The notes under the pieces: generated by a model
Databases searched by the model: none
The model's input: only the letters and a program-made list of their open reading frames with translations
What the model was told of the DNA's origin: nothing
Made by a program: the position numbers and the translations under genes
In this document: one piece after another, positions 24,142 through 36,500 of the stretch
Position numbering within the stretch: position 1 is the stretch's first letter
How the letters are laid out: every line of letters starts with the position of its first letter
Source: Eledone cirrhosa
Taxonomy: Eukaryota
Direction: 5' to 3'
Length of the DNA: 64,000 nt
NCBI GenBank assembly: GCA_964016885.1
Contig: OZ024750.1
Coordinates: forward strand, 13,516,001 to 13,580,000

Positions 24142-24342
24142 TTAAGATAGATGTGGAAATTCCTTAGATATTTCACATGACATACCCAATAATTTATCTC
24201 TGTTTGCTTAACTCACTCTCTCTCTCTCTCTTTCACTCTCTTGCCCTCTCTGTTTTATTTCTCTTTTCCTATCCATATCTGCTTGTGTTACCAGTGAAAG
24301 ACTTTTGTTAGAAGTGCAGAAAGTCAGTGGAGAAAGCTAATA

Positions 24343-24577
24343 TTATAGATAATCAGATATAAATCTATGGCGTAACAAATCTTCAGCAGTAGGGCGTTCT
24401 CGAGAATTTTTCCTGAAACATTTTCGAATACAGTCTTTGGCTATGTCAGAGACATGAAAAGGAAGTTCATATTTTGGATGTTCTGATGTAGCAATTTTAT
24501 AAATAGCAGCCATAGATTCGAGGTCAGGCCAGGGCGGTTTCATTGTAAACATTTCCACTATTGTACAACCAAGACTC
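24343..24577 (-). CDS. MAP3K2: MAP3K2/3 last coding exon (kinase subdomains IX-XI, stop)
   Basis: Poly-T cag acceptor; (W)[16 protein letters not shown]...[17 protein letters not shown]; TAA at 24343-24345. Confidence 0.95.
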
Positions 24578-27500
24578 CTGAAAAAAAAAAGAGAAAAATA
24601 TATGAAACTTAAATATTTAAGTGAAAAATAAACAAACTAAAATAAAATGGTGTAGAGCATTGCCACAAGCTTGTAAAGGTGAACAGTTGATGGAAGGGAC
24701 TTTACTGCAGACTGATCATTGAACTGGTTGGCAGTGAAGGAACTTTCAGTTAGGCAGCTAACAAGACCTGGACTTTAAAGGCAGATCATTCCTCCTTACA
24801 CTTTGTCATACAATAAACAACAGTTGAACAAAACACCATTTGTTGTTATTTTAAATATAGCTTAACTAAAGCTATAATGGAAAGAAAAAGAATACCACCA
24901 AATAGTAAAAAAAAATTATGTAAAGATTTGATCTTTAACAAATCTTTAAAATTTGCAGTGTAGAGAGGAAATGGTTAATTTTTGTTATTGCATATATTTT
25001 CATTTTATATACTATATATACTCGAGTAATGGTTGATCTCATGTAAAAGTCAACCCCCTATTTTTTGCCAAAAAATCTGGAATTTTTCATAGACCTTGTA
25101 TAAAACTCGACCCTAGTATTTCACAGATAACAGGTCAACATTTGTGGGTCAAGGTATCATCCTGTATGTAGAAATAAGTGTTACAAAATTGTCATGAATT
25201 TAAGGCAAATTTATATTATTGTAAATACATGTCTGAAACTAAAAAATTACCCAAATGTGTGTCTACCTTCCTGTAGCCTGGCCTATAGCTGGAATATTTG
25301 GTGCTTTTAGTAAAACACTATATAATAGTGAGCACTATACATCTGTTGATGGGTGCTACATCAACCATTCTGCTACTGATATGGTACTTTGGATTATAAC
25401 TTGAATTTCAAACCCCTCCAAGTAGTATCCATGTAATAATCAACCTCATAAATTTAACCTTAGAAACTGCTCTAAGTTCAAATCCTGCTGAGGTTAGCTT
25501 TGCCTTTCATTCTTATGGGATCATTAAAATAAAGTACCAGTAAAGTACTAGTAATGCACTGGGGTCAATTTAATCGACTTTCTCCTCCCCTAAAATTATT
25601 GGCTTTGTGCCTGAATCAGAAACCATTATTAAAAACAGCAATTCTGGAACTTACCATATGTCAGCTTTGCGGCAGTAACCCTCACCATTAATAACCTCCG
25701 GTGCCATCCAATGAGGTGTTCCAATTACTGTTTTCATTCCTGATATGCTACAAATAGTCTGCAATCGTTTGGAAGCTCCAAAATCCCCAAGCTTAACATT
25801 ACCTTGGACATTCTTTAAGATATTAGCACCTGTAAAAAAAATAATCATTTGAATGTAAAGATAAATGAGTTTGGTTATTACTCATTTAAAATAATTTGAG
25901 TGGGGTTTATAACCCCTAGAGCAGTGCTTTTCAATCTATTTCAACACATTTTTGTTTCATTGAAAATGGTATAATAGCAGTAAGCATGTATGGTCATTTT
26001 CTCTGCTAAAGCAGGGTTTGCTCTTGTGGGCTCCATGAAAACCTTCATGTTCATGATGGAGTCGTTTTTGAAGAAATATTTTATGACTGGATGCCCTTCC
26101 TCTATGCATGGTCAAAATCAAACTAGGTAAGCAATAATTAATTTGAATTAGCAAATGTGAAAACTCAGAGAAATAAATATTGTAGCTTTGAGCAGTTTCA
26201 CAACACACCTATATATAACTTAGTAGCATACTAAAGTGTTGTAACACAAGTTAGGATACCCAGCATTAGAAAGAACACATCGATTAAACAAACTATTTAT
26301 AACTTAGTAATGAAATAATAACTTTAGCAAATCCCTCAAAATCCTTCATTATTCAATTGAAATAGAATATATCTTCTTCTTGAGAGGGTTATGAGAACAG
26401 TCCCCAAACACTCTTTCCAGTGGGTCCTGTCAGAAGCAACCATTTCCAACTGATCCAGCTGGATCCCTAAGTGAGACCAGCAGAGCTCATGGATGTTATC
26501 CAACTATCTTGCTCAGGGTCTACCCTCAGTTGGTTTTGCCCGTAAAATCTGTCCAGCGATTCTTTCCTGAGACATTCTAACCACATGCCTATAGTATCAG
26601 AGCTGTGATCTCTCAATTTGGAGAAGTAGTGGCTCTACTTGGAGTGACTTTCTGATTTCCAAGCTACACACTCTATTGAGTAATGTTACTCCAAAGACTA
26701 TTTGGAAGAACCTCATTTCAGCCACTTGTATTCGCGATCATATTTTTTTGGTCATTAGAAAAAATAAAAATAGAAAAAAGGTGTTAGTACTTACATTTTA
26801 TATCTCTATGTACAATAACATTTTTGTGTAGAAATGCTAATCCTTCAAGAACTTGTCGGGTGTATTTCCGGGCAAGATTTTCATTTAATGGACCATAATT
26901 TTGTAATTGCTGCCGTATAGAACCCTGAGATGATCGGGATGAAAAATTAAATTAAATTAAATTATTTCATATTAATTTGTTGCTTTTTAAAAAAAAAAAA
27001 AGAAATGTCAAATTTTGTTATTGATTATGGTGCTGATGATGATAAAGAAAGAAGTAACATAGATGATGGAACAATGGCAGCATGGTTAAGACACCGAACT
27101 ACAGATGGTCATAAGTTATTCAGATTTTATTACTGTCATTGTATTGGGTTTGGACAAAATTCTGGCTCTTTATGCTCAGAGTTCAAATCATGAAAAAATC
27201 ATGTTTGATTTAGCATTTACATTACTCTATATTTATGTTTGATTTAGTATTTACATTACTCTATATTTATGTTTAATTTAGCATTTACATTACTCTATAT
27301 TTACTATTGTATTTTCATGGTAAATCTTACATAATATCGAATCTACAAGATCATGATATTATTTATTATTTATTTTGAGAACAATACCTTAACATAAATG
27401 TGAGCAGCAGGTTACAGCCAATTTGAACAGAAAGAGGTGAGAGAATCTGGCTGGACATGGCCAGTTTAAATGCTAAAAGGTTAAAGCAATTAAGAAGCCA

Positions 27501-30500
27501 CATCAAATCCATGTAGACCAAACAAACTTATCAGTGCTATGCAAGTCAAAAGACCAGTGTAAAGATCATCTTGGTTGGTAGAGGCAAGATAAGCAGGGTA
27601 TCTTTCAATAGCTATATAAACCTGAAACACCACATAACAATGTTGATGCTTCTGATGATGATGATCACAATATAAAAAATATATATATATAAATACAAAT
27701 TCTTGCATGAAATGTCAAACTGTTTCTTACCCCAGGCATATATTCCATGAATATTGATAGTACTTTCCCTTGAATACAACCAAAATACTGAACAATTCGT
27801 TCGTGATGAAAATTCCTAAGAAGCTGGATTTCATTTTCTAAAGCCCGGACTTCCTATAAAAAATATAACAAAGAGAATAACTTTTACAGTATATTTAAGA
27901 AATTGTATACACTACTACTACTACTATAGAAAGGGACAGTGATATGATTGAGTATTCCCATCATTAAATGAATAAATACTAAAAGTAAATACAAGAATAA
28001 ATACTAAAATCCCCTAAAAGTAAATACAAAAATAAATACTAAAAACCCCTAAAAGTAAAATAAATATTAACAGCCCCTAAAAAGTAAAATAAATACTAAC
28101 AACCCCTAAAAAGTAAAAAAAAAAAAATCAATAAGCAACAAACAAACAAAACGCCTGAAATGAATGCAATTGAAATTACCTTGGAAACTTCTGCATTGTC
28201 TGTTGATGTTTGAACTTGTTTGACTGCTAATTCTCGGCCAGAGTCTTCGTCATAACACAGATACACTTCACCAAAGGCACCAGGACCAAGTAACCGACCT
28301 TTCTTCCAATTGGTTGGGGCTCGGGGAGCTTCAAGTAGAAGTGAAAATCATATTCAGAAAACATGACTTACATATTATATATGCCAACATGGATAATAGA
28401 TGCAAAAATGATGATTATATATATAATAAATACATACATATTCTAAACCCATGCTAGCGTGGAAGATAGACGTTAAACGATGATGATGATATACGAGGGT
28501 GGGCTGAAAAGTTAATAAGCTGACTCTGATGGAGTGATGCTAGAGCTGTGAAATCTTGCATGCATTAATTTCAACTCTCCTTATTAATAACTGCATTGTT
28601 TATTTCAAGGGACTATGTTGAAAAATAAACCTCATTTGGTCATTCCATGAGAGTATCTTGGTCAGCCTATGAACTGTTGAGCTGACCCTCGCATATAGCC
28701 CATCCCTTCAATCTTTCTAATTTCCCATTCTTTCTTCTGATGAAAGACTAGCATCCAAAACGTTAAGACCCTCTTCCTGCTATTTCAAGCGTTAACCTAA
28801 TATATTCCTTCCATATACTGTACTGATTGTGTTGTGTTGTGAGAAAATAGGACAAACCCATATCATTACAGTCTTAAGTCCAACACCCTAACCACTAGAC
28901 CACACCTAGAAGTGGTCATAAATATGATGATGGCAATGATGATGATGGAGATGATGATGATGGTGATGGTGATGATAATAGTGATGATGGAGATGGTGAT
29001 GGAGATGATGGTGATGAAGATGATGGTGATGATGATGATAGTGATGGTGATGGCGATGATGATGAAAAAGAGAAAATAAGGGAAATGAAAAGAAGAACTT
29101 ACATTTAGAATAATGACAATCAGAGAAGCCAAAACTAGGACTATCCATATCACTGTTCCGCTTCATCAATAGCCTGCCTTCAGGTGAGTCCAGATCAGGA
29201 TCAGGTGGTAAACCACTACTACTACTGCTTGTACTGCGCGTGCTACTGAGGGTCCCTTCACTGCCACGAGTTAGCAATGCCGGGACTGACCTAGAGCAAA
29301 GTTCTGGCCGGCGGTTATTAGAGCGAGGAAACGTTCGATGACCTGAATAATTTATTGAATAGATTTATTAAATCTTAATTCCCTGTACAACATGGAAATA
29401 ACATTAGCAAGGTATCTAGAAAGGTACAAAGACAGCACTATGATTGCAACACATTAAAAATTGAAGTCATCTCTCTCATACTACAAATGTTTACAACAAT
29501 CCATCTTTCCAATAGTAAAGACATTATAGGCATTTGAACTGACAAGCCCATACAAATCTAGTATGCACCACATTCCTTTCCATCACCCCTCCCATATACC
29601 TTCCACATTGTAATCACCCCACCTATGTCCTAACGCCCCAACCGTAGGTCTACCTCCCCAATTTCCCTATACATCTCTCCCAACCACCAAGTCCACAATC
29701 CACACTATAAAGTGGTCATCTTGGTGCCATGACAATAAGCGCCCAGTCCACACTGTAAAGTGGTCATGCAGGTGTTATGACAAAAAGCACCCAGTCCACA
29801 CTGTAAAGTGGTCATGTAGGTGTCACGACAAAAAGCACCCAGTCCACATGGTAAAGTGGTCATGTAGGTGTCACAACAAAAAGCACCCAGTTCACATGGT
29901 AAAGCGGTCATGTAGGTGTCACGACAAAAAGCACCCAGTCCACATGGTAAAGTGGTCATGTAGGTTTCACAACAAAAAGCACCCAGTCCACATGGTAAAG
30001 CGGTCATGTAGGTGTCACAACAAAAAGCACCCAGTCCACATGGTAAAGCGGTCATGTAGGTGTCATAACAAAAAGCACCCAGCCCACTCTGTAAAGCGGT
30101 TGTGTAGGTGTCGCAACAAAAAGCACCCAGCCCACTCTGTTAAGTAGTTATGTAGGTGTCACAACAAAAAGCACCTAGTCTACACTGTAAATGTTAATTA
30201 CTCTAGAAATTTCTCACACAAGAATCTGTAGATTTAATGAAAAACAAACTTACGTTCAATATCTGCCATGTGTGTACCTGTTTCATAACCACGTGGAAAA
30301 GTACCAAATGCATGCATTTTGCTTCCTGAAAGTATTAAAAAGTTAGTGTAAAGAGTGGATTACAGTTGAAGAGTAAAGACTTGATGAGATTAAAAAGTAA
30401 AGAAAATTTCAAGAATGTAGTAAGTTTTGTTATCTTACCAGGAATCATATCTTCCTTATTGCTATCTGAAAGAATACTTCGTCTTGAGTCTCGCCGAGCT

Positions 30501-33500
30501 GAATTTCGGAAGGGATAAGACTCTCCACTGTTAAAGAAAAAAGAGAAAGAAAATTCAAATGTAAATTGTTTAAGTGATACAATAGGAACAGATTCTGTGA
30601 TATAAATATGATGATGAAGACAAGAAATTTCTAGAAATGAAACTCCTTCAGTTGGCAAATTATCAGCATTATTAGGGCATTGGATTAAATAATTTGCAGT
30701 GTTTATTCTGATTGTCTGTGCTCTGAATTCAAATTTTGCTGAGGTCAACCTTGCCTTTCATTGTTCTTGGGTCAATAAATAAAGTGCCAGTCCAGGGAAG
30801 TGGATTAGTAAAATGCACGTTTCACCTTCGAAAGAGGGATGATTCAAAAAGAAGAGAGAGAATATTTTGAGTTCAAATCCTGCAGAGGCCAACTTTACCT
30901 TTCATTCTTCTGGCAACTTTCTCAAAGAAATTAGTGTTGGTAGATACCTCTGATCACATTACACTTACCAGTTAAGGAATAGACTGTCTTTTCACTAAAA
31001 TAAGGGTCATGTATGTTCAAAGAAAAAGAAAAAATTCTTTTGGAGTGGAATGAATAGCTAATGCCACCACCATCCCGGCTAATAGTTTAATGCAAGGTGT
31101 CCCAAACTTTTTCAAACACGAAACCCTTTTTGATTCAGAAACTTTTGGGGGGAACCCCAAATTCTAATACTATTATAGGGTGGTAATATAAATATACTCC
31201 TCTACCTTTTTTCATGGAACCCCAGACACTCCTGTGTAGAACCCTTGGGTTTTGAGGAACCCACTTTGAGAACCACTGGTTTAATGTATGTATGCTTGTG
31301 ATTCCATCCCTAAATAATGAGACAATAGAATACTTACTGGCAACTAATATAATTACTGTCTAACGAAGATGTACTTCCTGCAATTGAACCATCGGGACTG
31401 TACGTGTGTTTTAAACCCATACAGTTAATTGGCTGAAAAGAAAACAAAAGAACATTAGAAACACATATGGCTAAAGTGATGATAATTATAATAATTATAA
31501 AAAGGGCGTGGATTGGCAGTATCGGTAGAGGGTCGGGCGCCATGCTTTCCAGCATAGTTACGTCCCTTTATGATCTGAGTTCAAATCCCTCTAAGGTTAA
31601 CTTTGCCTTTCATCCTTACGGGGTCGATAAAATAAAGTACCAGTAATGTACTGGGTAGAAACATTATCATAAAACAGTTGTTTCTCCATTTGTCTGTCCA
31701 TCACACATATCTATAAAGGACTGTAGAAATGAAAAGGGGCAACAGCCGCATTTTTTAAATTTAAGAGAAGGGAGATAACTTATGACATGCTTATAGTTTA
31801 TCGCAAGCTTAAGCATCTACAAGGGTTAGTGCTAATAAGGTAATCTGTAGCAGGAGAAGGTTGTGGTGAGGAGCTCGAGAAGAGAGGGAACCTTGTTCTA
31901 GTATAGATTATATAACATGGAGTATATATTGTATAGCATGGAGTGCAGACTATATAACATGGAGTATATATTATATAGAATGTAATATATATTGTATAAC
32001 ACGGAGCAAATATTATATAATATGGAGTAAATATATAACATGGAGTATAGATTATGACATGGTGTATAGATTATATAACATGGAGTATAGATTATACAAC
32101 ATAGCCACTTACTTCATCTTGATGTATTGGTTCTGGAATGAATTGTCCCTCTCCAGTAATGGAGTTGTAGGAACTGCTATGTCGAAGATGGATTTCATGG
32201 GGAGGTAATGAACCAGGTGGTGGACTAGGTGAATCTCGAAGCTGTAACAGGAGATCATTAAATTTATTAATTTAATTTCATTAAAAATAATTCACAGAAA
32301 ATAGTACCATATATATTTGAATATATGCTGACCCCACTATTTTATGTCTGAGAAATGGCAAAAATCGAAACCTTATTTACATAGAATTTGAAGTTGGTGA
32401 AAATCTTCAAAAATGAATATTATTCTTAATTGCATTATTAGTGTTACTCATAAGTTTGATACAAAGAAATTATCAATAACCTTTCAATAAACGTTCAATA
32501 ACGATTCAATAACCATTCAATAACCATTCAACTTACATTACAATATGATTCTGATGAACTAGTCCTGAGACTGGAAGATCTATCACTGTAAGAACTGCCG
32601 TAATCTGAAGTATCTGCTGGTTTTGTGAGAAAAATACGCAAACTTGAAGATCGATCACTGCGGTCCATCAACTTAATTGCTGTATCCAAATTATTTTGAC
32701 ACTCCAGAGGAATATAAAACTGAAAAGAAGAGAATCATGAGAGAGAGAGAGAGACATTAGATTTATTTGAATAATTTCTTTTGATATGACACTTGTCGGG
32801 AAAAATGATGGAGTCTCAGTGAAGGACAATATATGAGGGCTCAATAACTAAAGGTAAAATATAGATTATAAAAAAACTTGTAAAGGATAGGGGTGGTGTG
32901 GTAGATGAGTGGAGTGACAGGAGAGTGGAGTAGTAGATGAGTGGAGTGGTAGATGAGTGGAATGGTTGGGAAGAAGAGTGGTAGTGGCAGGGGAGTGGAG
33001 TGGCAGGAAAGTTGAGTGTTGTGGTAGATGAGCCGAGTGGAGTGGTAGATGAGTTGAGTGGAGTGGTAGATGAGTTGAGTGGAGTAGTGGGAGAGAATAG
33101 AATGCTGGATTAAACATCAACACTGAAATCACACTATGGTTAAATCTGTATTAAATCAACCCAGTTATGACCAAAGTACCAGTCATATTCTGGTGTTGAT
33201 TCAACAGACTATAGCATCTTAATAATATACTTACTTCTCCATTAGGCTGGGTATAAAACATCTGCAGCTTCATGCCATATCGTTGTATGACAAGATGGAC
33301 CAAGTCTTCATAAGGTATTGACCGACTCACTTGGATTGCCCTAATATTAACAAAAATAAACATTTCAGAAACTTTTTATTAACCACAAATGCAAAAAAGA
33401 GGCAAAAATTACAATACATCATCATCATCATCATCATGACTGTGTGTTGTTGATCATCATCATCATTTAACACTGCATAGAGCCTACATAGATATATACC

Positions 33501-36500
33501 TACATTCAAATGTACACACAATACTTGTATCATCATTGTCATCACCATTTGACGTCCATTTTTTCTATTACTACTACTACCACTACTGCTGCTGTTACTA
33601 CTACTATTACTACCACTACTGCTGCTACTACTACCACTATCACTACTACTACTGTTGCTGCTACTACTACTACCCCTACCACCACCACTACTGCTGCTGC
33701 TATTGCTACTACAACTACCACCACCACCACCACTACTACTGCTGCTACTACTACTACCCCTACCACCACCACTACTGCTGCTGCTACTACTACTACTACC
33801 ACCACCACTACCACTACTACTACTCCTCGCTAAGCAAATATAAAGGATGATGATAACAATGGTAGTGAGGATAAGTTACTAAGAATTCCAATAATTCAAA
33901 TTATGAACACATACCAAAAAATAAAAATAAAGTAAGAAAATAATTAATTAAAAATGAACAATTAATTGTAAGTTGTAAAAAGAAAGAAAGTTTACCTTTT
34001 TTCTGAATTATATTCAAACTTAATCCTAAATTCTCCATTTTTCTGAAATTCAAATAAATATATATGTTAAATATCAAAAGTATATATTGAGTTAAAACTC
34101 CTAACAGTCCCCTATAATTAAAATAGCTCAAGGAAGAAAATTTTTCCAAGCCTTATAATACTGCAAGGGCTCTGTCCCTTGTAATTTGAACACATGTAGC
34201 TATATATTTGTGTTTGACTTTCCTTACAGTATATGTTAAATATTAATAAGAACTGTGAAATAGGGCCGAGAGGATATTCAGCTGTGTCAAGGGCATGAAA
34301 ACCTCTCTAGTATTAGAGATAGTATAGAACACATGCAGTAAACTCTGTAAAGAGGTTGGTTATAGAAAGGGCATCCAGTCATGGCAAACTTGCCCAACAA
34401 AGGAGTTTTAAGTTATGTCAAAAACACGAGAACTTCCTTAGTGTCTGTACCATGATAATCCTTTAGCATTTACATTACTCTATATATACTATTATATTTT
34501 CATGGTAAAGACTTTACCTCACACAATATCTATGATATTTAATTATCTCACAAATCTATATTTTGTAAACAAAAGCTTAAGCTTTGTATCTTACATATAA
34601 CATTTAAATATTTTCTTTTCTGTTAAAAGTTAAGTAGAATTTACCTGTATGTTGGCATAAGCTGCTTTGATTACTTTTTGGTTACCTAGCCGTAGACCTC
34701 TCTCCAGCTCAATTTTGATGGAGCCCATCACACTTTCCAAATCATCTGAAACAGAAATAAAACAGAAACACTGAAAGTATGTCATCATCATCATCACCGT
34801 TTTACGTCCATTCTTCCACGCTAGCATGGGTTAGACGGGTTGTCCTGTTGTGGGCAATGCCAGGTCAGGTGACCATGTCTTGCTCATACAAAATTGATTT
34901 TGGCTTGATTTCTACAGCCCTTCCTAACACCAACCTCATTTACAGTGAATAGTGGGTGCTTTTTTTTTTTACCGTGGCGCCTACTCGACCACTTTAAAGT
35001 GTGGACTGGGTGCTTTTTTGTATATTTATATTTAATATATGAGATGAATAATATCTTTTATGTGTTTGCTTCATACAATATCTTCTTTCACGTGTATTCT
35101 TGTTTATATAAACTCCTGTCTTGTTTCAACACCCTAAACTGTTATCTATAATCTATGTTCTAGTCATACTCTTTTACTGGTGCCAGCAATCTGGCTGAGT
35201 CCATGCTGGTGCACTGCCTTTGACATAATTAAATAACTATGAATATTTTTTGTTTAAGTTTTCTTACTGTTTTTAGATTTAATTTTTTAGTAGAAATCCT
35301 GCCGAGGTCAACTTCTTCAGGCATAGTGTATCTAGGCTTATATTAGTTTATATGTGCTTTCCTTTTTAAAGACCACAGAGTGTGATATGAGGGAGATTTG
35401 GTTGCTATTTCTGACAGGCCGAGTGATTACGTAGAGGCTTCCTAACACCTGGTCATTCCTATAGAATTTTCAGAAGCCTGAACACTAAACTAAGGGAGGT
35501 AACTGTAGTTAAGAAATTCAGCAAGACTACAGAGTAATGGGACATGATAAAAAAGAAGCCTGCATTTTAAAAATAATACGTAGAACACCAATGTTGTGAG
35601 AAGAGACTGTGTTTACTCCCCCCCCCCCCTATCTTTAACAGCATTAAGGTAGATGGCAAATAAAGAATATATTAAGCAGAAGATGAATAAATCTAATGTG
35701 ATGTAAGTTTACGTATTGCAAATAACATTCCTGGAAACTTATTACCTGACAGTTCAACTAAAACAATGTAAGAAAGTGTTCTGACCAGAAATACAGTAAA
35801 ATGCCTACAACCTATTTTAACTTTCATACTATGAACAAGAAGCTCAATATCTTATCCGCTGGCCGTATTGCTGTTACTGCAACTTGTAGTTGGAAAGCTT
35901 ATATATCAGAAACAAATATATTCATTAAAAAAAATTTTTTTTAAACATATACTTTATAAACAAACGGTTAAGTTTATAAAGAATAACTTCAACAATTTTC
36001 TATATTATAGATAATCCACATTTCTATATTTATCCTGTTATAAAACAGAAACAATCTACAATTTGTAAGAAATAAAAAGGGGGGGGGGGCAAAAGGAAAA
36101 AAAGAATAGGGAAATATAGAAAAAAAAAGAGTGAAAGAAAGAAGAAAAAGAATAAGAAGGGGAGGGGATGGCAAGAGCTCTGGTGTCGCAGAAGAGAGGG
36201 GTGAAGGGAGAGGGAGTTGGGCTTTGGGCCTAGGGCAGACGTGTTGCGTTAATTTAATGAGTGGGGGTAATTGAATACTGGTTATTGTGATTACACACAC
36301 ACACAGGCAGACATCATCCCCATCACCAACGTGTTTTCCTGGCTAGCAATAACTTTTACCCTTCACCCACGTCCCTACACCTCACCCATCACTAGATAAA
36401 TACCCCACCCTAGATTTACTTCGTCAATCCCCATGCACCTCCTCCACTTCAGCTCCCAGTCCACACTGTAAAGTGGTTGTTTTGGTGCCTTGACAAAAAG

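Noticed and set aside
33510-33850. Poly-Thr mucin-like ORF; also His/Pro-rich ORFs at 28866-29100 and 48592-49077
   Set aside because: Trinucleotide repeats in intronic or upstream DNA, without splice support
34595-34619. Possible 25-nt micro-exon (acag...gtaag) in MAP3K2/3
   Set aside because: Only 25 nt from the preceding donor and frame-shifting; the flanking exons already join in phase
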